Assembly: GCA_002753335.1 (NCBI GenBank)
Contig: PEAD01000006.1
Span: forward strand, 1-64,000
Direction: 5' to 3'
Length of the DNA: 64,000 bases
DNA from: Nitrospirae bacterium MYbin3
Lineage (GTDB): Bacteria > Nitrospirota > Thermodesulfovibrionia > Thermodesulfovibrionales > Dissulfurispiraceae
In this document: piece by piece, positions 39,004 to 49,026 of the stretch
Position numbering within the stretch: position 1 is the stretch's first letter
How the letters are laid out: every line of letters starts with the position of its first letter
Program-made: the position numbers and the translations under genes
Notes under the pieces: model-generated
What the model was told of the DNA's origin: nothing
Seen by the model: only the letters and a program-made list of their open reading frames with translations
Databases searched by the model: none

Positions 39004-39957
39004 TTAGCTCTTGGGCGCTGAACACTCCTCTTCTCTCTGAAGCCTTTCCCACTGTTTGTCTATCTGCTCCTGAGCCTGTTTGAGCAGCACCTCGTTCTCG
39101 GGCGAGAACATGTGCTTGAATCTACCCTGAGGCTTAAGAAAATCAACGAGAGGCTTTTTCTCTTTCGGTTTTGCGGTTATCCTTGTAACCCCGTCTTCGA
39201 TTTCATAAAGCGGCCAGTAGCATGTATCAACCGCGATACGGCTCAGGGCAATCGCATCGTTGGTCTGAGACCTCCATCCGCGGTTGCAGGGGGCTATGAT
39301 GTTCATGAACTTGGGGCCCTTTATTTCGAGCGCCTTTCTCACCTTTTTCATGAGGTCTGACCAGTGGCTCGGAGAAGCCTGCGCCACATATGGGATACCG
39401 TGGGCAGCCATCACCTTTGTGAGGTCCTTGCGTTGCTGCTGCTTTCCTCCTGGCATAGAGCTTCCTGCCGGACAGGTGGTGGTGTCTGCGCCAAAAGGCG
39501 TGGCGCTTGAGCGCTGGATTCCTGTATTCATGTATGCTCCATTGTCATAGCAGACATACAGCATGTCGTGCCCTCTTTCCATAGCGCCGGAGAGGCTCTG
39601 AAATCCTATGTCGTAAGTGCCGCCGTCGCCGCCAAAAGCGATGAACTTTATCTCTTTGTCTATCTTGCCCTGTTTTTTCAAAGAGCGGTACATCGACTCT
39701 ACACCCGAAAGTGTAGCAGCCGCATTCTCAAAAGCATTGTGAATCCACGGTATCTTCCATGCTGTGAATTCGGATATACAGGTGGAAACCTCAAGACAGC
39801 CCGTAGCGTTAGCAGCTACCACAGGATAATCTGAAGCTAAGAGTACCATCTTAACCACAGGCGGGGCACCGCATCCTGAACACATACGATGGCCGCCGGT
39901 CAGCAGAATCTCTTTTTTCGAAAGCTCTTTTAAGCTTAAAGGTGTTTGTGTTGACAT
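39004..39957 (-). CDS. porB: Pyruvate:ferredoxin oxidoreductase beta subunit
   Basis: GHRMCSGCG, ATGCLEV, GGDGGTYDIG, YDNGAYMNTGIQRS. Confidence 0.93.
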   Translation of the reverse strand: MSTQTPLSLKELSKKEILLTGGHRMCSGCGAPPVVKMVLLASDYPVVAANATGCLEVSTCISEFTAWKIPWIHNAFENAAATLSGVESMYRSLKKQGKIDKEIKFIAFGGDGGTYDIGFQSLSGAMERGHDMLYVCYDNGAYMNTGIQRSSATPFGADTTTCPAGSSMPGGKQQQRKDLTKVMAAHGIPYVAQASPSHWSDLMKKVRKALEIKGPKFMNIIAPCNRGWRSQTNDAIALSRIAVDTCYWPLYEIEDGVTRITAKPKEKKPLVDFLKPQGRFKHMFSPENEVLLKQAQEQIDKQWERLQREEECSAPKS

Positions 39958-39959
39958 GG

Positions 39960-41141
39960 CTATTCCCTCACTCCGATATATTCTCTGATAGTTTTTATTT
40001 TTCCGGATTTGGCCGTCTCGACAAGGTCGCTCAAAACATACTCGGCCTGCTCAGGCATATAGTCCCTTCCGCCAAGGCCGTAGATCTTGTTCATCATAAG
40101 CGGCCTCTGTCCATATTGATAAAGGCTTGATGCAATCTCCATAAAGAGCGGCCCGTAGGATGCGCCAAAAGCATCCGCTCGGTCGAGCACGCAAACAGCT
40201 TTCAGGTGTTTCAAGGCTTCACCGACCTCTTCATACGGGAACGGCCTGAAGAGCCTCGGCTTTAAAAGTCCTGCCTTTATCCCCTTGTCCCTGAACATAT
40301 CTACTGCATCCTTTGTGGTGCCTGCAGCCGAATTCAAAACAACTATGCCTATTTCTGCGTCTTCGAGGCGGTAGGTTTCAAACAAACCGTACTTCCTGCC
40401 CGACATTTTTTCGAAATCTTTTGCAACATCAAGCACCACGCCCTTAACCTTGGACATGACCTCGGCATGCGCCCTTCTGTACTCCATATAGTAGTCGGTC
40501 AAAATCAGCGGACCGTAGCTCACAGGGTTATCAACATCAAGCAAAGGATTGGTCTGCTTGTATTCTCCGACAAAGTTTTTAACCAACGCGTCATCCAAGT
40601 ATTCGATTCTCTCTATCGAATGGCTGATTATAAAGCCGTCCAGACAGGTCATCGCCGGAAGCCTTATATCAAGGTGCTCCGCAATCCTGAAGGACTGAAT
40701 AGCATTGTCGTAAGCCTCCTGTGCATTTTCGGACCAAAGCTGTATCCAGCCGCAGTCGCGGGCTCCCATACCATCGGAATGGTCGCCATGAATATTAAGA
40801 GGCGCTGACAAAGCCCTGTTCACAAGGGCCATAACGATAGGAAGGCGGGTGCCAGAAGCTATAAAAAGCTCTTCCCACATAAGCGCCATGCCCTGAGATG
40901 AAGTGGCCGTAACAACCCTGCCTCCTCCTGCCGATGCGCCGATGCAGGCGCTCATGGCGCTGTGCTCACTTTCTACAAGTATCATCTCGGTCTTGACCTT
41001 GCCGTTGTTGGCAAAGCTCGAAAACCTCTGCATTAAATCGGTTGAAGGTGTTATAGGGTAGGCGGCGCAGACATCAGGATTCACCTGTCTGAATGCTTCA
41101 GCAACCGCCTCGTTTCCTGTGACAGCAACTATCTTGCCCAT
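39960..41141 (-). CDS. porA: Pyruvate:ferredoxin oxidoreductase alpha subunit
   Basis: GNEAVA, AYPITP, ESEHSAMS, TATSSQG, YGLGGRD. Confidence 0.93.
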   Translation of the reverse strand: MGKIVAVTGNEAVAEAFRQVNPDVCAAYPITPSTDLMQRFSSFANNGKVKTEMILVESEHSAMSACIGASAGGGRVVTATSSQGMALMWEELFIASGTRLPIVMALVNRALSAPLNIHGDHSDGMGARDCGWIQLWSENAQEAYDNAIQSFRIAEHLDIRLPAMTCLDGFIISHSIERIEYLDDALVKNFVGEYKQTNPLLDVDNPVSYGPLILTDYYMEYRRAHAEVMSKVKGVVLDVAKDFEKMSGRKYGLFETYRLEDAEIGIVVLNSAAGTTKDAVDMFRDKGIKAGLLKPRLFRPFPYEEVGEALKHLKAVCVLDRADAFGASYGPLFMEIASSLYQYGQRPLMMNKIYGLGGRDYMPEQAEYVLSDLVETAKSGKIKTIREYIGVRE

Positions 41142-41434
41142 TATTTGCCCTCCTCTTCCATGACTATCGCTTTATTGCCCTTTTTCCCGGGGCATTCAAG
41201 GGCGCATATTCCGCAGCCTTTGCAGTAGTCATAATCAAATTCGCCTCTCTTGCCGTCTTTAACAGGAATAGACATGTCAGGGCAATAAATCCAGCAGAAA
41301 AGACAGTTTATGCAGTTTTCCTGCACCCACTTGGGCTTGTACGCCCTCCATGAGCCTGTCTTGAATTTCAAAGCGCTTCCGGGTTCTGTGACAACAGCTC
41401 CGGGTTTAAGTTCTTTCCATCCTTTAAGCTTCAT
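41141..41434 (-). CDS. porD: Pyruvate:ferredoxin oxidoreductase delta subunit (2x[4Fe-4S])
   Basis: TGSWR, CINCLFCWIYCP, YCKGCGICALECP. Confidence 0.92.
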   Translation of the reverse strand: MKLKGWKELKPGAVVTEPGSALKFKTGSWRAYKPKWVQENCINCLFCWIYCPDMSIPVKDGKRGEFDYDYCKGCGICALECPGKKGNKAIVMEEEGK

Positions 41435-42006
41435 CCTACATGTACCTCCTCGTAACCTCTTCTGGCAGCTTCGAGATTGCCGTCAATCACCTTTTGGGCA
41501 AACTTTTTGCCAAAGCTTTTCTTAACATCCTCCAGCACCTGATCGAGAGTAATAAGTCCAGAAACCTTTGCAAGAGTTCCTACCATAGGCGAATTCGGCA
41601 TCGGCCTGCCAAAGCATTCTATGGCGATCTTTGTAGCATCCACCGTGACAACTTTCTGGCCGTCCTTGGCGTTTATTTTAGCCCGAATCTCTTTGGGATC
41701 CTTTGCGGTGTTTATTATAAATGTCGCGTTGTCAGGAGCGCCTTCAGTCACATTAATTGCATCCAGCAATGTAGCATCTGCAACTGCAACTATGCTGGGA
41801 TGTAAAACAGGACAATGCATCCTCAATTCCTTGCTGCTGACTCTGTTGTAAGCCCTGAGCGGAGCGCCGGATCTTTCGGGCCCGTACTCCGGAAAAGCCT
41901 GTACATGCCGCCCGCCGCTAAGACATGCGTCGGCGAAAACTTTTGCAGCAGTGACCGTTCCCTGTCCACCCCTGCCGTGCCATCTGATTTCTACGGTTTC
42001 AGCCAT
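41431..42006 (-). CDS. porC: Pyruvate:ferredoxin oxidoreductase gamma subunit
   Basis: EIRWHGRGGQG, QAFPEYGPERSGAP. Confidence 0.92.
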   Translation of the reverse strand: MAETVEIRWHGRGGQGTVTAAKVFADACLSGGRHVQAFPEYGPERSGAPLRAYNRVSSKELRMHCPVLHPSIVAVADATLLDAINVTEGAPDNATFIINTAKDPKEIRAKINAKDGQKVVTVDATKIAIECFGRPMPNSPMVGTLAKVSGLITLDQVLEDVKKSFGKKFAQKVIDGNLEAARRGYEEVHVG

Positions 42007-42120
42007 ATGCTTCCTCCTGATTGGATTTGTTCAAATAGGGACATTTACTTTAACGAAAAGAGGGGGTAATATTCAATATGATTAAGCAGTGATAATAAAA
42101 ATTAATGGGAGCTCTAAGAC

Positions 42121-43035
42121 CTAACTAGGCTTGTTTTGTGGATTATCTCTCAATTGCAGCAGTATTATCGAACTTATTATCAGCGGGCCGCCCAGTATCT
42201 GAAGCGCTTCAAGCCTCTCGCCGAGAAACAAATAAGACAGTATGCCGGCAGTAATAGGCTCGAGCGTTGCCGTAATGCTTGCCTTCGTCGCATGTATAAT
42301 GCTGATGCCTTTCAAGTAAAGTCCGAAGGGTATAGTTGTTCCCAGTATAGAGATATACGCAATCCATCCCCATTCTACAGGAGAATAAGGCTTGAAGAAA
42401 GCGCTCAAAGGCGGGGTGATAATATTCCATGAAATGGCCGCAAAAAAAAGGCTGAAGAAAAGCACAGTAAATGGAGAATAACGCTTCATGCCGTACTCGC
42501 CTTGGATAGAATACCACGCGAAAGTCGCAGCCGAAAGCAGACCGCCGATTATTCCGGCAAGATTCAAGCTGAGCATATTCATGTTGTACGCTCCCACGAC
42601 CAGATAACAGCCTGATGTTGCGCCTATTAAGGCCGCTATTACAGATGCGCTAATTTTCTCCCTCGCAAATATGACAGAGTAAAGCGCTATTAAAATAGGG
42701 GAAAGGTATTGCATCAAAATTGCGGCAGCTACATTAATCTTGCTTATGGTGAAAAGATATGTGAACTGTACGGAAGCCAAACATAAACCGCCGAGGATAA
42801 AAAAATAAAGAAAGTCTTTTTTTTGAATCATAAGAAGACCGCGCTTATATATGACAAGCCACAAAAAAACTAATACCGAAGCTATGGTAACGCGAAGCTG
42901 CACAAGTTCATAAGCGGTTACACCTTGATTGAATAAAAATTTTGCTGACGATCCCGACACAGCCCATAAAACAGCCGCAACGATGACATACAAATATCCT
43001 TTGCGTGAACTTTTGGTTGAAACCGAATCATCCAT
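42121..43035 (-). CDS. EamA/DMT family transporter
   Basis: About 10 TMs in two repeats; 'ASITATLEP..A' and 'LFLGERL'. Confidence 0.9.
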   Translation of the reverse strand: MDDSVSTKSSRKGYLYVIVAAVLWAVSGSSAKFLFNQGVTAYELVQLRVTIASVLVFLWLVIYKRGLLMIQKKDFLYFFILGGLCLASVQFTYLFTISKINVAAAILMQYLSPILIALYSVIFAREKISASVIAALIGATSGCYLVVGAYNMNMLSLNLAGIIGGLLSAATFAWYSIQGEYGMKRYSPFTVLFFSLFFAAISWNIITPPLSAFFKPYSPVEWGWIAYISILGTTIPFGLYLKGISIIHATKASITATLEPITAGILSYLFLGERLEALQILGGPLIISSIILLQLRDNPQNKPS

Positions 43036-43447
43036 CCGAAGATCTGACCGAAGCCCTCAACTGTTTCTTCTCCGAAAGTTTAGCCTTGTCCGCAAGGATC
43101 TTTTCTTTGGTGCGCTTAGACCTCTTGGCTTTTTGACGCCTTATTTTGTATATCTTGCGTGCCTCTTCGCTTTCTTTGCCCTTGGTTATAAATTCTATCT
43201 TCTCAATAAGCATCATGCGGGCATGATAACGGTTAAGCCCCTGCGAGCGCTCTTTCTGGCATTTTACTTCAATCTCGGTAGGAAGATGTTTGAGATAAAC
43301 GCAGGTCGAGGTCTTATTCACATTCTGCCCACCCTTGCCTGCGGAGCGAACGAACGATTCCTCAATGTCCTGTTCACGGATGCCGAGCAACTCCATTTTT
43401 TTGAACAGGCTTTTTTCTTTCTGCAGGCTTACAGGAAATGTTCCCAT
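43028..43447 (-). CDS. Peptide chain release factor-like protein (RF-1 domain, ArfB-like)
   Basis: SAGKGGQNVNK, ERSQ..NR, basic C-terminal tail. Start set at ATG 43447 (TAATG overlap with the peptidase). Confidence 0.85.
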   Translation of the reverse strand: MGTFPVSLQKEKSLFKKMELLGIREQDIEESFVRSAGKGGQNVNKTSTCVYLKHLPTEIEVKCQKERSQGLNRYHARMMLIEKIEFITKGKESEEARKIYKIRRQKAKRSKRTKEKILADKAKLSEKKQLRASVRSSDG

Positions 43448-44580
43448 TATTGATTGAAAGAAACCGCTGCGCTCAAAACTATCAGACATCCCTTATATAA
43501 ATCTTCGAGCATTATGAACTCTTCGGTAGAATGTACTTTTTGCATGCCGTTCGAGATATTCAGCGCTTTAATGCCGCGGCCATTGAAAATGTTTGCATCC
43601 GAACCGCCGCCGGTGACGGTAAATGCAGGCTTTATGCCACAAGAATCAAAAATCTCTGAAAGAAACTTCAGATAAGAATCATCTTTATCTATGCTAAATG
43701 AATTGTACTCCTCTTTAACCTTTATTTCGATGACAGCCCCGGTTTCCGCAGCAACTTTTTCTGCAGCATCAAAAATTCTTTTCTTGGTAGATTCGAGTGT
43801 TTTAATATTATGACTTCTGACCTCTCCGTTTAGAACAACCTCTTTAGGCACCACATTCGTGGCTGTGCCGCCTTTGATAATGCCGATATTGGCAGTTGTA
43901 ACATCATCTATTCTGCCGTCAGGAACTTCCGCAACAATTTTTGCCGCACACTTTATAGCGCTGATACCTCTTTCGGGTTCGATTCCGGCATGGGCAGCTT
44001 TGCCTGTTACACGCATTTCATAAGTGTGGTGCGACGGCGCTCCCACAACTATGTTGCCGACGCTTCCGCCAGAATCAAGCACCAGCGCATGCTTGCTCTG
44101 AATCCTGCCGAAATCGAGGTTCTTTGCGCCGCAAAGTCCCTTCTCCTCGGCCGAGGTAAATACTATTTCCAAACCACAAGTGTGGAGCTTGTTTTCATGC
44201 ACTGCAGCCACAGCCTCGATTATCTGTGCAATCGCGCTCTTATCATCCGCCCCGAGCACCGTATTGCCAATGCTTCTTACCAGTTCTCCGTCATTGATAA
44301 AACTGATTCCATCAGTTGGTTCTATGGTGTCCATGTGGGCGCTGAGCATAAGAGTTGACGCTTCTTTTATGCCGCCTTTCCTATAAGCGATAAGATTGAA
44401 CGACTCTCCGTAGTCCTGAAAAGAAACCTCGCAGCCAATCAAACTGAGCTTGCGGGCAAGGTATTCTGCCAGTTCTCGCTCGTGGAACGAAGGAGAGTTT
44501 ATTTTTATCAGCTCGGTAAAGGTTTCTACCAACCGCTGCCGGTCAATGTATGATGAGATATCTACGAGCTCTTTTTTCAT
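43447..44580 (-). CDS. M20/M25/M40 metallopeptidase (peptidase T-like)
   Basis: SAHMDT, LGADDK, AEE.GL, GKAAHAG, GGGSDAN, HSTEE. Start is probably the Met at 44580 (track start 44664). Confidence 0.9.
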   Translation of the reverse strand: MKKELVDISSYIDRQRLVETFTELIKINSPSFHERELAEYLARKLSLIGCEVSFQDYGESFNLIAYRKGGIKEASTLMLSAHMDTIEPTDGISFINDGELVRSIGNTVLGADDKSAIAQIIEAVAAVHENKLHTCGLEIVFTSAEEKGLCGAKNLDFGRIQSKHALVLDSGGSVGNIVVGAPSHHTYEMRVTGKAAHAGIEPERGISAIKCAAKIVAEVPDGRIDDVTTANIGIIKGGTATNVVPKEVVLNGEVRSHNIKTLESTKKRIFDAAEKVAAETGAVIEIKVKEEYNSFSIDKDDSYLKFLSEIFDSCGIKPAFTVTGGGSDANIFNGRGIKALNISNGMQKVHSTEEFIMLEDLYKGCLIVLSAAVSFNQ

Positions 44581-44696
44581 GAGAGATTTTATCATACAAC
44601 TCCGCAGGTTTGCCTGTCTGATTTGACAACAACAATAAGGTTTTCTTAATCTGTACGCGTTCACTTACACCGCATTTTAAGGAGCAGCGCAATATT

Positions 44697-46007
44697 ATGA
44701 ACAGAGCATTTTATTTAACTCTCGCGGCAATTGCGGTTTTTATTTTTCAAACCGGCGCGTATGCCGCAGATTCGACAAAAAAACTCTCACTGCCCGAAGG
44801 CCTCAGAATTGCGGCCTCCGAGAGCAGGGTCGTAAAGATTGCGTCGTATAACAAAGAAATTTCTGGAGCAGGTATTGTTTTGGCCCGCTCCAGATTTATG
44901 CCGAACGTAAATGCCTTTGCAGGAAAAACTTACCTATCTTACCAACCAGCAGCCTTGATGGGCGGGCAGCCGGTCTATATGTCAGAAAAAAATTATGCCT
45001 CATACGGGATTAACGCTTATCAGACTCTGTTCGATTTCGGACAGAACAGTTCGCAGATTGAAATCTCTAAGAATACTCATACGCTGAGCAGTCTTGAACT
45101 TAAAAAAATCAAAAGTCTTGCTGCCCTCGATTTTCTGTCCGCCTATTTCGATACGCTTGAAGCAGAGAAGATTATAAACACCTCAAAAAAAGAGATGGAG
45201 CGTCTTCAAGCGCACCAGACCGCTGCAAAAAATCTTTTCGATGAGGGAGTGATTACCAAAAATGATCTGCTTCAGGCAGAGGTGCGGCTTGCGGACGCAA
45301 GGCAGCGCTCGTTGAGCGCCAATACCACACGCGAGATATTTTTGATGCGTCTTAACAACATCCTTTCTTTTCAGATGACTGACGGAATAGAAGTTGAAGA
45401 GTATGACAGGGAGCCCGGTGTGGGTACGGATTTGAACCGTCTTTGGGACTACGCTTTATCCAATAGAGTTGAGCTTCTGATAATAGACAAAGAAATAAAG
45501 AGCGCTGAGTTAGAGGAATCTTCTTTGCGCTCGGACTATTTTCCTAAATTCTTTGCGCAGGGCGGCTACAACTACACCGAAAACAGTTATCAGCAGCATG
45601 ACGCTAACTGGTCTGTTATTCTTGGGCTCAATATGAATCTTTTCGGCGGCATGAGCACTGAGGCCTCGGTGTCAAAAGCAAAATATAGAACAGCCCAACT
45701 TCGGGAAAAGAAAAAACAGATTTCGGACGAAATAAAGCTTCAGGTAAAGCAGGCATTTCTTGAGGCAGCCACTTCTTACGAAAAGCTTACGGTTTCAAAA
45801 AATGCGTTTGAACAGGCAGAAGAAAATTTAAGGATTAACAAGGTGCGGTACGCAGAAGGCATAGGCACAGCAACCGAAGTGCTTGACGCGATAAGTCTGC
45901 TGACAATTACAGAAACCAATAATTTCAAAACAAGGTACGAGCTGCGCAAGGCGCAAGCAGCATTGCTGTATGCTGCAGGACATGACCTTGTTTCTGAATA
46001 TCAATAA
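44697..46007 (+). CDS. TolC-family outer membrane efflux protein
   Basis: Signal peptide; two OEP repeats ('F.EG..TKNDLLQAEV', 'RYAEGIGTATEVLDA'). Confidence 0.88.
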   Translation: MNRAFYLTLAAIAVFIFQTGAYAADSTKKLSLPEGLRIAASESRVVKIASYNKEISGAGIVLARSRFMPNVNAFAGKTYLSYQPAALMGGQPVYMSEKNYASYGINAYQTLFDFGQNSSQIEISKNTHTLSSLELKKIKSLAALDFLSAYFDTLEAEKIINTSKKEMERLQAHQTAAKNLFDEGVITKNDLLQAEVRLADARQRSLSANTTREIFLMRLNNILSFQMTDGIEVEEYDREPGVGTDLNRLWDYALSNRVELLIIDKEIKSAELEESSLRSDYFPKFFAQGGYNYTENSYQQHDANWSVILGLNMNLFGGMSTEASVSKAKYRTAQLREKKKQISDEIKLQVKQAFLEAATSYEKLTVSKNAFEQAEENLRINKVRYAEGIGTATEVLDAISLLTITETNNFKTRYELRKAQAALLYAAGHDLVSEYQ

Positions 46008-46025
46008 ATCTTAGGGAGGCTTTAT

Positions 46026-47114
46026 ATGGATGAGAAGACACCCGAAAACGGCAAACGCAAAAAGATAGCTCTGTTCGTTTTTATGCTTATAGGGATTGCG
46101 GGTGCTGTGACACTTTACCTTTACCTTGAATACAAAGCCAGCCATATTGATACTGATGATGCTTTTATTGAAGGAACAAGGTCCACAGTAGCCTCAAAGG
46201 TGGCCGGCACAGTAAAAGCTGTTCATGTTCGGGACAACCAGGCGGTAAAAAAGGGCGATCTGCTGATCGAGATAGAGCCTGCGGACTATGAAGTCAAAGT
46301 TATGGAGGCTTCATCTGCGCTGTCAAGGGAACAGTCGAGAATACATGAGATTGATGCTGCAATCGAGACCTCAAAAAAACAGTTAGCAGAGGCAAAGGCA
46401 AAAGCTGAAGCAGCAAAAGCTAATCTGCATCTGAAAGAAGCATACATGAAACAGGCCGAAACCGATGCGAAAAGGGCAGAGAATCTTTTTGCAAAAGGCG
46501 CAATCTCAAAAGAGCGCCATGAAAAAACATTGACCGCACACAACGCTGCTTTGGCCGAACTAAAAGCGGCCGAAGAGGAATTCAAAAAAAGCGAGAGTTC
46601 GGTTGAAACGCATAAAGCGCTGATAAAGCAGGCAGAGACATCAAAAACATCGCAGCAGTTTTCTGTAAAGCAGCGCGATGCAATGCTTAAGGCCTCTGAG
46701 CTCAGTTATGGCTACACTAAAATATATGCTCAGGCTGATGGCCAGATTACTAAAAAATCGGTTGAACTTGGCAATCAGATTCAGGCAGGACAACCCTTAA
46801 TGGCAATAGTATTGCTAAGCGATATCTGGGTCGTTGCGAATTATAAAGAAACTCAGCTCGAAAAAATAAAGCCCGGGCAGCGTGTAGAAATTAAGATAGA
46901 CACATATCCAAACGTGGTTCTATTCGGCAGAGTGGACAGCATAATGTCAGGGACAGGAACGGTATTTTCCCTGTTTCCTCCCGAGAATGCGGCGGGCAAC
47001 TATGTGAAAGTCGTGCAGAGGGTTCCTGTCAAAATAGTGCTGGACAACAACTCGACTCAAAATACTATCCTAAGGGTTGGAATGTCGGTGATGCCTACAA
47101 TAATTGTGAAATAA
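46026..47114 (+). CDS. HlyD/EmrA-type membrane fusion protein
   Basis: TM, TDDAF, KVAG, coiled coil, WVVANYKETQL, FSLFPPENAAGNYVKVVQRVPV. Confidence 0.92.
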   Translation: MDEKTPENGKRKKIALFVFMLIGIAGAVTLYLYLEYKASHIDTDDAFIEGTRSTVASKVAGTVKAVHVRDNQAVKKGDLLIEIEPADYEVKVMEASSALSREQSRIHEIDAAIETSKKQLAEAKAKAEAAKANLHLKEAYMKQAETDAKRAENLFAKGAISKERHEKTLTAHNAALAELKAAEEEFKKSESSVETHKALIKQAETSKTSQQFSVKQRDAMLKASELSYGYTKIYAQADGQITKKSVELGNQIQAGQPLMAIVLLSDIWVVANYKETQLEKIKPGQRVEIKIDTYPNVVLFGRVDSIMSGTGTVFSLFPPENAAGNYVKVVQRVPVKIVLDNNSTQNTILRVGMSVMPTIIVK

Positions 47115-47135
47115 CCGCCTGTTTTTGAGCAAATC

Positions 47136-48425
47136 TTATCCGGCCAAATACGGATTAAAATATCCAAATCGCAAAAATGGAAAACTCTTCTTCAGTCTTT
47201 TCAGCCAGTTCATTATACCTTTAGGCTTTGCGACTGGGCTGTGCTTAATTACATCGAGATACCATTCAGGATCCATATTCAGATTGCGCAACTGAATCAT
47301 ATCAGGCTTACAATCCTCAACAAGATCGAATAATGCGGACATCTCGTCCATATCATCCGTAAAGCCCGGCAAAATAAAATAATTTAGCGAAACAAATTTA
47401 TTCCTCCGCTTCATCACCTTTATCGAATCTTTGACCTCATCAAAAGAAAAACCCTGCGGCCTGTAATAAAGAGCGTATTTATCCTTTCGAGCGCTGTTCA
47501 TGCTGACGCGCAGCGAATCAAGCCCTGAAGCTGCAAGCCGGTCAATTCTATCCGGCATGCTTGCGTTGGAATTAAGGTTTATCGTTCCCAAAGGAGTCTG
47601 TGCACGCATTTTTATTATCGCCTTCTCGATCGTCTTAAACTGAAGCAACGGCTCTCCCTCGCAGCCCTGCCCAAAACTTACAACCGGCATCGGTGCATCA
47701 GAAAGATGCGGTACAGCCATTTCAACTATCTCGTCAACCGCAGGCACAAACGATATCCTATCCTGAGTCGAAGGGCAGCATCCTGAAGTCTGCAAAGATA
47801 TGCAGCCTACACAGTTTGCATTGCAGATAGGTGATGTTGGTATAGGCGCCTCCCAGCGCCCTAAAAAATAGTTTCTTGCAGCAGGGCAACCGTAGGACAG
47901 GCAGCAGTTGCCAAGATGCTGAATCAACCTGTTATCACAAAATCTTTTTAAATATTTATCTGTTTTTGCCTTGACCGTTTTTTGAACATATTGGTCCGCA
48001 TCCTGCCTCACATCAGAGTCGCAACGAAAAGCAGCAACCCAAAACTGTCCATCCAGCCACCCGACCGTAGTATATGCAAAAAGAGGAAGCACAGGGGCGC
48101 TGCTGTCCGATTTTTCATACGCTGCAGACAAAATTGAAGTATGCGCAGGCGCTATGAAAGCTGCTACTGCACTGACGGGCTTTCCTTCATAAAATGGATC
48201 TTCGTCCAGTTTTATGAAACTCTTATTTTTAGGGTCTATACCGATCGGATATCTGCCAGGAAGTGTAAAAAGCTCACTGCCATTTGGCAGCGGGATTAAA
48301 TCTGAATAGTGCGGCCTTATCATCGAAAAACCGCTCATCCCCGCCATTTCTATATCCGGCAGGTCAACTATTTCGCCCTTGTAATTTGCATACACCAAAG
48401 AAGGCAGTTTGTCAGGACTTTTCAT
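47136..48425 (-). CDS. Radical SAM protein of unknown function
   Basis: CNANCVGC (CxxxCxxC), SFGQGCEGEP. Confidence 0.88.
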   Translation of the reverse strand: MKSPDKLPSLVYANYKGEIVDLPDIEMAGMSGFSMIRPHYSDLIPLPNGSELFTLPGRYPIGIDPKNKSFIKLDEDPFYEGKPVSAVAAFIAPAHTSILSAAYEKSDSSAPVLPLFAYTTVGWLDGQFWVAAFRCDSDVRQDADQYVQKTVKAKTDKYLKRFCDNRLIQHLGNCCLSYGCPAARNYFLGRWEAPIPTSPICNANCVGCISLQTSGCCPSTQDRISFVPAVDEIVEMAVPHLSDAPMPVVSFGQGCEGEPLLQFKTIEKAIIKMRAQTPLGTINLNSNASMPDRIDRLAASGLDSLRVSMNSARKDKYALYYRPQGFSFDEVKDSIKVMKRRNKFVSLNYFILPGFTDDMDEMSALFDLVEDCKPDMIQLRNLNMDPEWYLDVIKHSPVAKPKGIMNWLKRLKKSFPFLRFGYFNPYLAG

Positions 48426-48548
48426 TATGCTCCCAAGCTGTTTTTGACAAAAATAAGCACTTCATTTTACAGTATCATACTACAGACAAAATCACATAGA
48501 GCTCCGCCGGAGCCTTATCACACGGCGGTTTTGAAAGGAGGTTTTCAA

Positions 48549-48707
48549 ATGGCAGAAAAAGTTAAGTCCAAAACAGACGTTTCCTCAAGAGCCGAATCAA
48601 AGGCCAAGTCCCAGATATGTCGCAACTGCGGAAAAAAAGTTGAGGTAATCAAGTCAGTCTCTCCTACGGGAAAGTCAAAAATGAGACGCGTTTGCTGCGG
48701 TCAATAG
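48549..48707 (+). CDS. Small basic Cys-containing protein (52 aa)
   Basis: Strong RBS AAAGGAGG before the ATG at 48549; CRNC...CC; followed by a long hairpin. Confidence 0.65.
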   Translation: MAEKVKSKTDVSSRAESKAKSQICRNCGKKVEVIKSVSPTGKSKMRRVCCGQ

Positions 48708-48730
48708 TTCGCAAAAAATAATCCGATGTT

Positions 48731-48776
48731 TTATTTATGAAATGAAACTCCCTGAGGAGTTTCATTTCATAAATAA
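48731..48776. repeat. Perfect 21-bp inverted repeat (possible terminator)
   Basis: TTATTTATGAAATGAAACTCC-ctga-GGAGTTTCATTTCATAAATAA. Confidence 0.85.
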
Positions 48777-48881
48777 CTGTTATTCAACTGCACATTCACT
48801 TCAAAAAACCATTATCAGCTTTGATTGTTTCAGATACAAGGTTTACAATTTATCTTAGCAATTGATATTATTAAAGTTTAT

Positions 48882-48974
48882 GGAGAGGTGGCCGAGCCGG
48901 TCGAAGGCAGCCGCCTGCTAAGCGGTTGTAGGGGTAACACCCTACCCAGGGTTCGAATCCCTGCCTCTCCGCCA
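48882..48974 (+). tRNA. tRNA-Ser(GCT)
   Basis: Acceptor GGAGAGG/CCTCTCC plus G-CCA; anticodon arm GCCGC-CT-GCT-AA-GCGGT; long variable arm GTAGGG..CCCTAC; T arm CAGGG-TTCGAAT-CCCTG. Confidence 0.96.
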
Positions 48975-49026
48975 TTTAATATTCTTCCGAACTGCGCTAA
49001 CCTATTTTCGTTTAGTAAACAGCTTC

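Noticed and set aside
48309..48548. N-terminal extension of ORF 48309..48707
   Set aside because: It overlaps the radical SAM gene on the opposite strand, and the strong RBS sits at the Met at 48549.
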